Shown: positions 39,242 through 54,671, counted from the first letter of the stretch. The stretch is DNA of 64,000 nucleotides from Octopus vulgaris (GCA_951406725.2 OX597820.1:114328001-114392000); one strand, 5' to 3'. Notes: generated by a model not told the origin, from the letters alone. Made by a program: numbers and translations.

Positions 39242-40319
39242 AAAGCCTTTCCTTTCCCTTAAAGTCTCTTCTGATAATAAAAAAAACAAACACAAGAAAC
39301 AAAAACAAAACAAAGCAACATATGTGTAAAATATATGTAATACACACACACACACACACACACAGAGGCACAATAAGAAATAGCAGCACAAACTTGTATA
39401 TGTTAAGATATGGAAAAACTTAATTGCAAAGAGAAAATTTTTATTGAGCAGACTGATAATTATCAATGCACAAACACGCGCACATATACTTCACATACAC
39501 CTATACATGCACATACGCAGACATACATGTGTTTAAGATATTAAAAGCACTTTTAAGAGAGTAGGTAACAAATAGAGCAGGCATTATGATATTATTATTA
39601 TTATCATTATTACTATTATTATTGTTAAATATCACTTGGAATTTGATTAAATCTAATAAGTGTGAATAGCAAAGAATAGGAAAAAAATGTTACAAACGGA
39701 TTTGAAGAATATCTTGTCAAACTGATGTAGGTCACATTTGCAAATGAATCATTCCTTTGCTTACACAGACATACAACGCACAAATGGATTTCAAACTATT
39801 TTCACTTTTTAAGGGGCATAAAAAAGGCTTATTTGTAGAGAAGTTTTAATAGTTTTACTTCAGATAAATAAAATCCTTGATAATGGCACAATTAACTACA
39901 TGTCAAATCTTGCTACTTGATTGGTAAATATTTTATCAACCTGGGGAAAAGATGAAAAAGATGTCATCTTTGGCAGGATTCAAACTCAGGACCACAATAC
40001 AATTATATGCTGAATATACCAAAGTATAGGGCAAGACAGAAAAACCTCCCAAATTTCACATAGTCAATGGTGTGGTGCTTGTGAAGTCAGGCAGGTGGTA
40101 ATGGTGTCTTCATGTAGCTAATGCTTAACCATTTTTTTTTTCAGTTACCATCATGATTTGGGCTGATGCACATCATGTGTTTGCTGCTGAAACATTTATC
40201 AAGAACGGTGAATTTGGAAGCTTTATTTTTCTTTTTTTTTTTTTTTTGCAGCATCCTGTATTCCATTGCCCTACCAGTTTTGCTCTCTCTATTTCTTGTC
40301 CCCTCTCTATATAATACTT

Positions 40320-41600
40320 TTTATATAGGCACAAAGCCACAATTCTGAAGGAAGAGTACAGGCAATTAATTACTTCAGCACTTGATAAGTATTTTATTTC
40401 ACTGATACTGAAAGAACAGAAATTAATGTTGACCTCAAAATGCAAAAAGACATGATTTTAAACACAAGGAATTTAATCCTTTGCAGTACCGATTCTGCCA
40501 TCAATCACTCTCAATGATAATTTTCTAATTTAGACACAAGGCCAGCAATATTCTGGGGTGCTAGTTGACTACAGAGACCCCAGTACTTAAACCAGTACTT
40601 TATTTTATTGAGCCCTAAAGGGATGAAAGGCAAAGTTAACCGTAGTGGAGTTTGAATGCATAACAGAGAACCAGCATTTTTGTCCCACAACCTAATGATT
40701 CTGTCAGCCCACTGCCCTTTAATAATAATTCTAATTTAGGCACAAGGCCTGCAGTTTTTAGTAGGTGGAGGGGCTAGTTAAACTTCAGTAATTGGTTGGT
40801 ACTTTATCAACCCTGGAGGAATGAAAGGCAGAGCTGACCTTGGTGGGGTTTGAATTCAGAACATATGCAGGGAGTATAGTCAGTATGGTACAGATTGATA
40901 CTTACTTACATTGTACTAATTAATATTTGATCTTAGAACATACAGGCATAGCTAAATATTGGTAGGTATTGACTGTGATCAGTAGTCATGCAATTTGACC
41001 ACACTAATAGTATCAATGGTTTTAAATTTTGGCACAAGGCCAAAAATTTTGTTACTTGATACCATTAATCCCAGTTCTTGACAGAACTTTATTTTATCAA
41101 CCCTGGACTGATGGAAGGCAAAGTTGACCTTGGCAGTATTTGAACTTAGAATGTATTGAGATAGAAGAAATGCCATAAAGCATTTCTGTTGCTAAAATCA
41201 TTGTCAGCTTCACACCTTCACCCTAATAGTAATAACATTTGTTTCTAAGTTTGGCAGGTGGTCACCAATTTAGGGAGCTGGTGTAGTAAATTTAACCAAC
41301 CTCAGTACATGACTGGTACTCAGTTTTTAAACTCTGCAGAGATGGAAACAAAGAGAATCCTATTGGGAATTGAACATGGTTTGCAGAGAGCGAGAACTAA
41401 TTACTAGCAGTCCTTTAACCCAATATAATACACCTGCCATAATAATTTCAAACATCAGCACAAGGCTTACAAATGCTTAGAGAGGGAACAGTCAAATAGA
41501 TTTCTCCCATCCAACTTGGCTTATTTATCACCCACCCATCACAAAGATGAAAAACAAAGTTGACCTTGAGATTTGAACAAAAGTGCAAGTAACAAAACAC
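40320..41600 (-). mobile_element. Head-to-tail family-A SINE cluster
   Basis: Several ggcacaaggcc...ggatgaaaggcaaagtt units, all in one orientation. Confidence 0.8.
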
Positions 41601-41732
41601 TGCAAGGTAATTTGATGTTCTCTTGATTTTGCTGTAAAAGCAATAATGAAAATATTTTAATGCCATATTTCTGCTCGTAGTAACAGCGAGTATGTATCAT
41701 ATCTTCCCAATTATAAACTGCATCATCCACCC
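41539..41732 (-). other. Candidate exon: xVDDAVYNWEDMIHTRCYYEQKYGIK... (phase 1) or GWMMQFIIGKI* (phase 0)
   Basis: tgcattactgtccattattttAG|G acceptor; CpGs retained; ORF 41539..41730 in the track. Confidence 0.3.
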
Positions 41733-42325
41733 CTAAAATAATGGACAGTAATGCAAATTATAATTAAGTTACTCAAAACTTGTAGAAAAAAATTTTCTAA
41801 TTTAGATAATCAATTACACTTATTACTAATTAACATTCACTTCATTCAATACCATAGTGTGGATTGTTGTTGGTCTTAAGGTTTATTTGATCGTTTATGT
41901 ATGCATGTGCATTTGTGACTTTATTGAAAATTTACATTTAAATGTGGAAGTGTTATTTTAGATTTTATGCTTTGTATGTTTCATTCTAGGTGTTTTTAAT
42001 ATATAAAACAATGAATGAAAAAGTACATGTATGTATCTGTAAGAATGAAACAGTGAATGCAAGTACATATGAGTTGCACAGTTCAAACATACATTTCATG
42101 TGACATTAAAACGAACTCATATGGACACGTGCAATCATCAGTAGAGGTCTTTCAGAATTTGTGAGAGAAGTTAGGAAAACAGAGACCCATATAAAATACA
42201 AAGTAAAATGGAAGAAACCTTTAAGTTGTGAGCAAAGGTAAATTCAAGTGTAGTTGTGTTGTGGAAGACACAGTATTTTTGATCAGGAATAAAACTGTCA
42301 AAAACAGAGGGGAAAAAAAAGATCA

Positions 42326-42663
42326 TTAAACCCTTTCACTGACATATGCAACTTTACATTTCTTAGCAGAGTGCGACAAAAGACTTTCATCAGTTTATCA
42401 GCTAGAGCTCAATAGAAATATCCACATATAATTCTTTTTGTGAATAGTGGATCTTGAAGTACACATAAAGCTATAAATAATAGCAGAAAAACCCTACTAG
42501 ATAGAAAAAGTCAAAGGCTGCCTGTGGGACAAAGGCCCACATCTCCAAATACTTACATGCTATTATTTATAGCTTTGTGTGCTTTGAGATCTTATGTTAT
42601 GAAATATTCATATTTATTTCATTTAACTCAGATTGTAGCTTACACGGTATACTAAAGGGTTAA
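42326..42663. mobile_element. TTAA-flanked piggyBac-like MITE with internal inverted repeat
   Basis: ttaaaccctttc...ctaaagggttaa ends; ~35-bp internal IR at 42451-42485 / 42558-42590. Confidence 0.6.
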
Positions 42664-43162
42664 ATATACAAACACTCCACCCCCAAGACTTCTTAATGAG
42701 ACTGAGTTCATTGATCATGGAAGTGAGGGGTCACTTTCTTTTATATCCTCCCATATTCATTCTATTTATATCTATACATCACTTTAAAACACGACAATAC
42801 ATTATAACTAAAAACATGGCAACACATTCACTGATCAACTTTAACTTATTACTGAAAGGAAATCTGGTCTAAAAAGACATTTTATTAAATAAATGCCACT
42901 GTACATATCTTTAAAAGAGGAAGATATGTGTATATGTAGAGGCAATGGCTTGGCATGACCACAGTCCAGAACTGGTAAACAAGTATGTGTGTGTGTGTGT
43001 GTGTGTGTGTATACAAACACAGACTCTCTCTCACTCTCTGGAAATGCTACTAACACCTTTCTACACTATATCCATTTAAGTTTTCTACACAGCACACACA
43101 CTTTTGTTTGTGAGATTATGGATAATCAAGTCAATTGAACACTAGGCAAGTAACCATTGAAG

Positions 43163-43468
43163 TCAGTGATGCAGAGCATTGATTTGGAAATAGTGGGGTG
43201 CACCTGCACCTCTTAGATTTGGTGGGGGGGGACAATGGAAATTGAATATCTTCCTGAAAAACTGGGTTTGCACCCCACAAGCAAATTTCATTCCCATATT
43301 TATGATGCAGAATTGTATCCATGGTCGAGATGTAGCACTCAACAGCCAAATCCACCAGCCCCTAAAACGGGTCCTGCTGTTGGCTTCACACATCACTGTC
43401 ATGATTAGTAGCTCTCTGAACATAACTGATTCGTTGGCTCGTTGCTGAGTAAAGTTATTCGTGATCAC
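43163..43468 (-). other. CpG-retaining unique block with 101-codon ORF after ctAG; possible exon
   Basis: ORF VITNNFTQQRANESVMFRELL...; weak pyrimidine tract; no recognisable domain. Confidence 0.25.
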
Positions 43469-46400
43469 CTAGGATCCTATCTAGAAGCATATTCGTTTCT
43501 TATATGCTTAAAAACAAAATATAAAAAAAAACACTACAGTTACTGGAGATAAGCACTAGTCCTATGGATTCTTATAATTTATACTACCTTTTAAACATAC
43601 TGCATTTATTTTATCCAAATATATATACATTATATAGAAATATATTACAAGTTTATGTTACTATAATGTTCAGCACATCTAGTTTCAATAATCCCAAAAT
43701 GTAAAATCAATTTCACACAATCATTTTACCTACTATTTATTCATTCAGTAATCTAATAAACATAGAAAAAAAAAAGCTGTATATGTCTACTGGAAAAGAA
43801 GCAAACCTAGCCAAAACCTACTCAATGATTAACTTGAAGGAAAAGCACAATTTATTGTATGAAAGACAGGCTAGCTACAACTTTACACAAGTTTCTACAG
43901 AAGATTCTCACAGGGGCTAAGTATTTAATTACAGATGTAAATATATTCATTCACTTGGATGCTAATATGGCCAAATGGCTAAGTAGTTTGTCCCCCCGCC
44001 CCCTATTCACATTCTGTAGTATGTTGGGCTAGTGTCTTTTACTATAACCTCAAGTAAACTTGAGCCTTGTGAATGAAATTAGGGAGACAAACTATGTGAA
44101 AGCCCATCAAATGAACTATAACTCAAAGGCTGAGCCTTGATTCATACTGTCATGCTGATTCTGCCTGAATATTATATTAAAGTTACTCATTTCTATGGAA
44201 TACTCAGTCACATGTTAATCCAATGAAAGTAGTTAAATTAAGTTAACAACTGAGTACTTGTCTCCAAAACTGACAGAAAATCTATTAATTTGTTCATTAA
44301 TTCAAAGCTTCTGTTGATTGCTACTCTGTGCCTCACATTTCCATAACAACTGGAATTAACTTCAAATTCCAGTTATTGTGAAAAGAGGAGTTTCAGATTT
44401 GAATATACAAATAAACTCTATGAATTGAGTGCGTTTTACCCATGTTTGTAAATTCAAATTTGTAAGTATGTATTGCAAGTTTTGAAAAAAAATTATAGTA
44501 ATTATAAGTTTGTTACAAAAGTATACTCAATAGATGGGTAGAGTAATGTATATAACAGCGGATACTGTTTTTCATAGATATTCAAATCAAAACCTTTTTA
44601 AAAACATTTTTCCAAGCCATCTGAAGACCACTAGCCAGCATGATATCTTTAATGGCTATAATGGAGTGACAACAATTCTAACATTATATATAAGTCACAG
44701 CTTTCAAAAAATGTTCAATGACAAATTGAGATTTGTGAAATTTATACGTTTCTGAAGGGTTTTTGCAAGTGAAATAGAAGCAAAGCAATTTTTTCCTCCT
44801 TTTTTTATTTTAATTTTTTGTTTTACATGCATTTTACCATGCAAGCTAGCATGGCTAGAATGGTTTCTGTAGGTGCAATTGCTTGTACAGCTTCTGGGCA
44901 CCCTTCCTACTACTAACAATTCCATTGTCAAGTATGGAGTGAAACCCATTTTTGTCACTCAGGCAGACTGAGACAAACAGTATTATGTGCCTTGCCCAAA
45001 TGAAAAGAAGCTTTCAAGGCAGGTTCACCATCAAAGTAAAGTGTTCATGTAAGCTGACTATATAAGTAAAAAAATTACCTGTGAAATAAAAGGCAGTTGG
45101 TAGACATAAAAGAAGCTCTGTGACACAGAAGCTGTCAAGAAGGCTCCATATTTTTAATGCTTTTTAAAGTGCAGGTAATCCACCAGGATTTAGTGTAGTG
45201 AGTTGATGAGAAAACTGCTGTGAATGCAGACTGCAAAGTGAATTAATTAACAAAGAACTTCTGAAATCAAGGATATAAGCCTTGTTTATACACAAGCAGT
45301 GTTAAGAGATTTGTCCTGTAGCAGGATGTGAACATGTGTTATTTGAGACAGGTACCCAGTGCTTCAGTTACCCAGCTAGTGTACCTCTCAGTAACAAAAG
45401 TAGTAGTGATTGCAATATTAATGATTTCTGGCAATGGCACAAAGCCACAAATAGGTATGGAAAAGTAACAGCCAACTGAACCCCCAAAGCAGGATTACCA
45501 TTGATTTTCCTTTCTTTTTTTTTTGTTGTTAGTTCAAATCCCCTCAAGTTCATTTCTGCCTTTAATCTCATTAGAGTCAACAACATAAATGCAAGGCAAG
45601 TACTAAGTTAAATTTGACCTGGGGTTAATATGAGAAGACAGGTCCTGTCATCCTCACCTCTGTTAATAATAATCATTTCTACTATAGGCACAAGACCTGA
45701 AATTTTTGTGGGTGGAGGAGGTTAGTTGATTACATTGAAGCCATCCACCCTCCAACCCCAATACTCAACTGATACTTATTTTAGCAACTTTAAAAGGATA
45801 TAAAGCAAAGTCAGCCTCACTAGAATTTGAACATGAAGAGCAGGAAGAAATGCTGCTAAGCATTTTGTCTTATGTGCTAACAATTCTGCTAGCTTGCTGT
45901 CTGAAATTAAAACTTTGTTAGCAATGTCTGAATGCCACATCTACTGTAAGGTATAGTCATTCCAACTACTATACCAAAGCAATATCACAATAATGGGCTC
46001 ATTGTATACAGTGTTCAGGTGTACTGCAGTTATTTTCTCATGCACAACATCATGGAGAAGATGCATATAAATGATTGCTACTATGAGTATATTTTCAATG
46101 ACTATCAGTAACACGACATATCAGTACCATGGAACTGTACCAATGTACAAATGAAAAATGAAATACATATACTACAATGATTTTTAGTGTTGAAAGTGAC
46201 CTAAGCAACTGAGACAGCAACTAATTGACAAAAAGTCAATAGCCATTTCTATCTTGTCACAGTAATGTATGTACTCTGAGTTCCAAGCACAAATGGTCAA
46301 CTCGCAATAGCTTACTTTCTTTAGCTACAGATATGAAGTGGTAGAATTCACTACTAAGTAAAATTAACGACTGCTTCATTAGCTTGCTGTTAGTAAAAGC

Positions 46401-46498
46401 TTGTTCTGGGAGGAGTTCCACAGGGAGCTAACACAACATAATGTGACCAACTAAAACTCAAAGACATTACAATATCTATTTTAGAAACGTTATTATTC

Positions 46499-46531
<33 letters not shown>

Positions 46532-47479
46532 TATGTCATATATTAGCCATTTCTCAGCTCAAAGGGATTTTATTCCTGGTTAACCTTAAGGCTGAAGACA
46601 AAAACAGGTGATTTGAGTATCAATATATTCTATGTTAGCTTTACTTTGTCTTTACATTTCTAACACTTCTCAAAAGGTGAATAACTGAGGATCATCCAAT
46701 TTACATTTAGAATCTTTGTTCTTTCTTAATTCATTCATTGTATGAATCAGAAAATATTGCTCTATGAAGAGTAAACTCATTTTCTAAATCAATTGACTCT
46801 TAAGATTTTTTTTTTATAGGCATCGATCAGGAGAACTTCAAGCTGAATAGTAACTTATTGACTAAAAATAAGTTTTAAAAAAAGTCTTGAAGCTTTACAA
46901 AAATTTTGGTAAGTACAGTTTAACCCAAAATAGGAAAAACTGAAAACAAAATTTTAGTTCTTCCTAACAAAGTAAATTTTGAGAGGCATTCTACAGATTA
47001 TTAATCATTTCTTACTGTTTCACTTACTGGAGACAATTCTAAGAGATTTTACTTTTCCTTATATATGTAATGTGATGTTAACTTGTTGATAGGATCAAGA
47101 AAAAATATACTCATTCTAGTGAAATAAATATAATACTTATATGCTAGTGCTCTCATGCTTGACATCCTGAGACAATTATAACTATCAATACTGCTGTAAT
47201 TATTAAAAAGAGCAGTGGATATGTAACTGAAATGAACTCTCATCTTTTAGGAAGTGTGTTGTTTTCATCTCAATGCCCTATACTGTCTTGTGACAAAGCT
47301 GAGGTGCTTAAACTATTTTACATGAAGCTTGTTGTTGTTATTATATTTCAATCTTGCCTGGCAGCAGATTTCATCTCATCATAATTGTATGTAGTATTAC
47401 TTAAAGTTTAATTAAAAAAGAAAAGGCAGGATGGAGGAAAAGAAAAGTATGAGTTTAATTAAGAAACTAGAAAAAAAAA

Positions 47480-48310
47480 AGTTGGCATTTAGCCAAATAT
47501 AGGGGCAGATACAACAAAGGGATATAGTTGATTGAAATGCATCCCCACCTTTCCAAAATAAATTTAAACACTCTTGTATTTTATTTTATTGACCCTCCAG
47601 GGATGAAAGGCAAACTTTACTTGATGGGATTTGAACTCCAATACTAACAATTCTGCCAACCCAATACCCTAATAATAGTAACACTTTCTGATTTAGGCAC
47701 AAGGCTAGTACTTTTGAGGGAAGGGGTTTACTTGATTCCATCAACCCCAAGACATGACTCATACTTTATTATATTCACTCTGAAAAGATGAAAGGCAAAC
47801 AGGATTTGAACTGAAAGCATAAAGAGCCAGAATATAATGCTACAAAGCATTTTGACTGGTTCTCTAAATCCACCACTCAAGTAATAATAATAATTGTTTC
47901 AAATCTTGGTACAAGGCCTGCAGTTTTAGGTGAAGGGGTTTGTTGATTTCATTGACCCCAGTACTTGACTGCTACTTTATTGATCTCGAAAGGATGAAAG
48001 GTAAAGTTTACCCCAGCAGGATTTCAACTCAGATCATAAAGAGCAGAACATAATACTGCAAAGCATTCTGTTCAATTATCTAATGATCCTGCAAATCCAA
48101 CAACAACAATAATTTATAAAAGCAAAATGGCTCAAATTTAGAATAAGGGGTAGAATAGATTATAACAATACTAGTACATTTCTTGTTTTATTGAACTCTG
48201 GGAGGATGCAAGACAAAGCTGACTTTGGCAGGATTTGAACATTTGAACTTAGAACATAAAACCGTGCACCTAAATAGCATAGAGCAATGTGTTTGACACT
48301 AATTAGATTT
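47480..48310 (-). mobile_element. Head-to-tail family-A SINE cluster
   Basis: About four degenerate units. Confidence 0.8.
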
Positions 48311-49351
48311 TCCAACACTATCCTCCTAATAATGATAATTATAGCATTATCAACAGTTTACTCTGCGTCACTTACATATGTAGCACACAAATATTCAGAA
48401 CACAAGCATGCAAAAATTTATAACACATATCTAAACAGTGTTACACACACACACACATGCATTAATAGTCACATATACACATGGCTGCACACATACACAC
48501 TTGTGCATGCAAGTGTTCTTTACAAAAAAAAAAAAGAAAAAATTTTTTACCTAAGGTTAGATATATTCAGAAATTTCTCACTCAATAACTAGATATTTTT
48601 GACTCAGTTTTAATTAAAGAAATTATATCAATTTCTCTCATTATTAGTACTATATATAACAGGTATATAGAATAGATCAAACAGCTATTAAGCACATATA
48701 TTTATATACTTAATTTTAAAAAAGATCTTCAAATATAATTTATGAAATCACACACAGAGAGAAAAGAAAAATGAAAAATATTTTTCAAAAAAGCAAATGG
48801 ATTTTTGATTTTTTTGAAATGAGAAAATAAAATGTTTCATTGCACCTTACATAGATTGGGATGTTTCAAATTTGAACAGCAGGACTAATTGTCCTAAATG
48901 ACACTAAAACTCTAAGAGTTTGAACCCTAGACTCCCACCACAGCAATGTCCATTGGTTAAAGAGCTTAACTTTTACTGACTCAGCTTTCCAGGTTTATAA
49001 GCTCTCATTGTATCTAGTTATAACTAGCCATTGCTAGCACTTTCTAATTGTTGGTTCACTTTACATCAGTGAAGAAGCCATTTTCACGGTCAAGCTATTC
49101 ATTCACCTTTTCTGGACTAAGATTCTGGTATTTAAAAAAAATGATACTCAGCTTGTTTAACAACAGCTTCTGCTCTAGTGTTGCATGTAATCAGAATGAA
49201 CACTCATCTACAAAACTGGTCATATATAGATAACATTCTATTCCCTCACACCTTTTATCATGATTAACTGTAGAGTATTTATTTATATATCAACCTTAGT
49301 ATGTGTTTATTTATAATTAAATTTGTGTGTTTATATGTATAATTAACTGTG

Positions 49352-49395
<44 letters not shown>

Positions 49396-50246
49396 AAAAT
49401 ATATAGATGAAAAAACAAATATGTCACAAATGCAAAAAAATTAAAAGTGAAAAACATTACAAGTGTAAAAAATTGGCCAACACAGATTATAAACTATTTT
49501 ATTCAAACAAAGATATAATTTAATGTTTCAGGAGGGGAGTTATTGCTACAGCAGTTAAATGGATGAGAAAACAAGGGTAGAAATATTACAAATCTAAAGT
49601 GGAGCTAGAAATATTGTGAAAGGAAAAAAATTAGTTGGAGAGAATTTTTCTTCAACCACCCCACTTCGTTTTGCAGGTGTCAGCAAGTAAGGGAAATAAC
49701 TCCTATTACAGTTTGTCCGTGAAAATTTAGCAATTATTGTAATTTACTGAGGTATTTGTGATTAAATAATTGAATAAAATAGAGACAATTGCAATTGTAA
49801 TACTACACAACAAGTGGAAACATTTATTTCTATTGCAGTAGTATCTTAACTTCTAAGCCAGTAGGAAATGTAGAAATAGGTGAACATGAAGATGAAAACA
49901 GAAATGAACTGCTTCAAATACGGTGCAGATATTTATCATTATTCCTGTATTATAACTGAATCCTGGGCCTTTGCATTCATGTGTGCAATATTCCTGCTTA
50001 TAATGTCTAATACATCTCAAAAATTTTCATTTGATAGGTTTCTTTTTTTAATTTTGCTAGGATATGAAGACATTGCTAATGAGATTTCAACTGCCTTGAT
50101 TAACAAGAGGTTATTTAGTTGTCCACAGCTATAAGATCTAACACATAAACCAGGGCAAACAACAAAATTACAGCTATTAACACTAAACACACACACACAA
50201 AAAAAAAAACAGTAGTACTTTAAAACTCAGTTATAATTAGGTATGA

Positions 50247-50468
50247 TTAAGCCTTTTTATATCAACCTGCCCAAAACTGCCCATGGTTCTATGATGCAAA
50301 CATTTCAAAGTGGTCTAAATTAAAACCTTTTCTCAAAATTCCATGATAATTTATATTTCAAACAGCAGCTTAATAATAACAAAGTTATGTTATCAAATTC
50401 ATTATTTTCAAAATTAATTGAAACAAAAGCAGTATTTTTCAACAGAAATACAGTAACAAAAGGGTTAA
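50247..50468. mobile_element. piggyBac-like MITE
   Basis: TTAA-gccttttt...aaaaggg-TTAA inverted termini; dispersed copies in the window. Confidence 0.7.
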
Positions 50469-53400
50469 AAGAATGAAACACAAGAAACAAATACACAAAG
50501 TGAGTTCTAGCAGAATAAAACAGGCAACAGTATTAAAATATTTCCTACAGTTAAAGCTCTAGTTACAATTTCTGATTTCCTGATCAATAATGTCACAATG
50601 TTGTGTAGACATTTTTGGAGACCCTGTATTCATTCATTTACAAGTCTCTACATCTTAGGACAGCATACTTGGCTGATAATAAATATGGTGATGGTTAAAA
50701 TACCGCTCAATACTATACTTCAAAAAGAACAAATGTTGAGGTATTCCTGTGCCCTAACTTATGGCTTGCTCCTAAGCATTTTGATTGGCTGTCTCAATGC
50801 AATAAATCTGCATAAAGAGTTGGTTGTGGTTATTTAAAATAAAATATATTAAAATAACTACCAACAAATATTCTAGAATTGAACAAGAGCATAAAAATAA
50901 TCATTAACAATCACATGTAAATGAGATCAATTAATTATATTCAAAACCAGTTTAATAAAAATACATTAGAAAACTTAAACTCCCAAACACAATTGCTAGT
51001 AAAAATTATATTCATGAAAGTTTGGTATTAGTCAAAGAGTAAAGCTTTTTGTATTCAATTTTTAAACTTTAAATGAACACCAAAGTGAAATATTCCTGAA
51101 AGTAGCTAAGAATTTGACAATTGTTTTAAAAAATAATATGTGTCATTACAAAACAGTTCATTATTATTACTTATAAAGATATTTGTTCAGCTATGGTTAT
51201 TTCTAGGTTCTTTTTAGATAGCTTTAAATAATGCACAAATACACAATTTCATTCCTCTGATGGTACTTTAAAAGAACATCGATATTGAAGTTTATTACAT
51301 CAAAGTCAATTCCTGTACGATAAAGTTGATTAAATTAATGCATTATAAAATCTTAAAGATATTTGTCAATCTTATCTCATAAACCCCAAATGAAATTTAG
51401 CTTTAAACATAGGAAAGAAGGGTATGTTCACTTATTTGTATTAATATATTTTTGTTTTGTAAATGGCTTGAATAAACTGGTTAGATAGAACTTAAATTCA
51501 AATGATTATATTTTTCTATTTATTCAGAGGAAGACAGGCAACATCCATAAATTTTGCAGGTCTTCACAGACTAGTGAGATCCATGCTATTAATGTTCATC
51601 TCACACTGCCTCAAGGGCATGGAAGAAGGGTAAGAAAGCTGCAATTCTGGGAATAAATGATTGGGGAAATGTTTTTAGTGCAGGGCTTAGTGGAGGAGAT
51701 AGAGAAAGGATGACGAAAATAGAAGTGGAGATAGACTGGACAAGTATGGTGTGTGAATGCATGTAGATGGGTACACCTTGGTTGGTATGGAGCTAAGCCT
51801 ATTTGAGAATTAAGGTCTAAAGAAATTAAAGCAAAGATTTTAAAATATTTATCTGTGTACAAATATCAACAGTCTATATTTAAAAAAGAAATTAACAAAA
51901 AAGTTATAAACAATGTAAGAAAGGAAAGAAAAACTTTGAGCAAATCAGGTTTGAAAACAGTTGAATATATAGATTAACAAATGTTTTATTTTAATTTTGA
52001 AAATAAATTTACATATCTCTTTTCTCGCTGTATATTTCACCCCAACAAGATTAATAGCATTAACTACTTCATTTGTTGGCATTAAAAATGTGTTTCTGAG
52101 GCTGTAGGCAAAGAAAAGTTCTACAGGGCCCATTTATGTTGTTGGTTGTAGTCAGGTACAAAGGCTAGAGTTAGCAGTGGTCAAATAATGTATATAGTAT
52201 CAAGTTCCCAGTATGTGTACATGAACCAATAATTTGGTGTAACACCATGATACTTATGGCCTGGAATGGATACTTGTTGTGAACAAGTTCCAAATGTACA
52301 GTTCTGCAATTTAAATCTGTCCCAAGTTTACGATACTGAGAAGTAATTTATCAGACACATTCCAATTGATATAGTCACAAAGTGAAATTTTGTGAGAAAG
52401 GTCTGTAGACAACAAATCTATATCCTATCCTGATTAATACTAAAAAAACTTGCTAAAATGTCGGCTCTATGAGGCTGTCTTGATTAATCCTTTTTGTTGC
52501 CAAAATTTTAGTGAACTACACTGCCTTTGTTTCGGCCATTATCAAGCTGGCCATTGGAAAATAAATTAACATGAGCTTTTGATAGGTTTTAATTTAAATC
52601 ACTTTAAAACAAGCAGTTTGTATCACAGGATCAAGGGTGATCTCAGGCAGCTTGGTATAAGGGTCAATTATATCCACCACATATATATATAAAGGATTAA
52701 CTGATTATTTAATATTTAGGTAAAATAAAACAATTGCTAAACTATTGTTACTCAGTCAATGATCAAAGGTGTTCCAGCCATGACCATCCCATAGTTTTGC
52801 ATATCAAGGGCTACATAGTTCACAGTAGGATATGATTTGTGGTTGATTTGGCTGTGGAATGATTACATAGAGGTTCTGTCATTGGCTTCCACATGATTAT
52901 ATGTAATCAATGTTATAAATTAAATGGTTAATCAGTTCTATTTCTTTTTTGCTTGTAATAGAAATGGCAATTGTGATATTTATGCCACTGGATGAAGAGA
53001 AATATCTATGACTGTCAGTCTAAACCACTCAGTTAGGGCTTGTGTGTGGGGTGTGTATATGCATAATTAAATGACTTATTCCAAAAAATAGCTTGTGAAA
53101 TAAGATCATCATTTCGCCACAATGTGGTACAAACAGGAACCTGTTGATGAGTTGGTGTTGTCTGTCGTCTCACTGTTACCTTACTGCAAAATAATACTGA
53201 CCATCACAATAAACAAGTGCATTGCAAATTGTAAGGGAGTGGATTTCCCATTAACTAGCAAATGCTGAGTTGAAACCCCAACCTCCATAGGCATGACATG
53301 AAATGTGTGTGGTCATACTGGTGTCATCTTTATCCCCAAGTGTGACAAGATAGTAACCATGTTTTCTGGTCTTAAAAATCAAAAGCTATTTATAAAACAA

Positions 53401-54600
53401 AAGTTTATATAAACAAAAGTTTATATAAACAAAAGAAATAACTAACAAAATAAATAATATGTATCTCAATAAAACTTCACTGGTCAATAACTAAGAGGTA
53501 AAAACTCAACACCAATGAGCCAATGGAGGTGCCTCCACATGTTTAATCAATCTGCTGGAAATAACAACCAGATCCGTTTTGAAATAACACTAATGTTGTG
53601 ATTCATGTAGTGCTAAGTATGAAATAAAAATGGAATGATCATAGGTGGTACACATTTTAATAATAAGTATGCTAGATAATGACTGAGAAGTGACTAAACG
53701 AGAACAACTTAACATTTATATAACGAATATCAGCAGAATAATTTCTAATTGTGCTCTCTGGAAAAATGAAAAGAAAAAGTACTGGTCTCTTATGCAAAAA
53801 GCTTCAAGTATATAACAGGAAAGGAGATGAAAAGTTAGGGCATTCAGGATTATCCCAACTGTATTTATTAGACATGAAGATGAATGAATTTGCAGACTAG
53901 AATTTAAAATTTTGCTCTTATAGAAAAGAGTCACAAAACTTTTGATGTAAAGGAAGCAGATCTTATTACTAAGATGTGAAATGGCTTACAGTACCCTCAG
54001 TTCCATGGTAGTAATCAAGATGTTAAATAATTTATGGTGCCCTAAGCTCCAAGGTTGTGATTGAGATGTGAAATATTTTACAGTGCCTACAACTCCATGG
54101 TAGTAATTTAAATGAGGAGGAGACTGAAGCAATGAAAAGAGACTTCTGGAAAGTGAACACCTGCCATGGCAGATTGAAACCAATTCTAGAATTGGTAACA
54201 CATTGTATCTGTTTGGCCATTTCATCTCTATAATATCAGAACAGCAAATTTAGAATAAAACCCCCCAGACAAGCTGAAAGGAGATACATATTTCTTTTTG
54301 CTAACAGGGGCCACTATCAACTAGCTGGAATGAGTGAAAGAGAAACTGCTTTTGGATAACTAGAGTATGTATGAGATTGCGTTCACATTCAACATGTTCC
54401 TATAAAAATGCATTGTTACTTTATGTAGTGTTTCAGTCATTCTTTTATGGAACTGTGCATTAATTTATTGTCCTTGCAGTCATATGAAATATAACCCTTA
54501 CTGAAGGACCTTGATTTAAGAAAAGAAAAAAAACCCCAACAAACACCAGATACCTACAGAGACAGAAACAAGCCAAGGAAACACCTGTTGTACAAACATG

Positions 54601-54671
54601 TGCAACTGCAGCAGATGGCATGGTGCAACTGCAGCAGATGGCATGGTGCAACTGCAGCAGATGGCATGGTG
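54601..54671. repeat. Perfect 23-bp tandem repeat x3
   Basis: tgcaactgcagcagatggcatgg three times. Confidence 0.95.

Noticed and set aside
54601-54671. 23-bp repeats as a CRISPR array
   Set aside because: The repeats are contiguous with no spacers.
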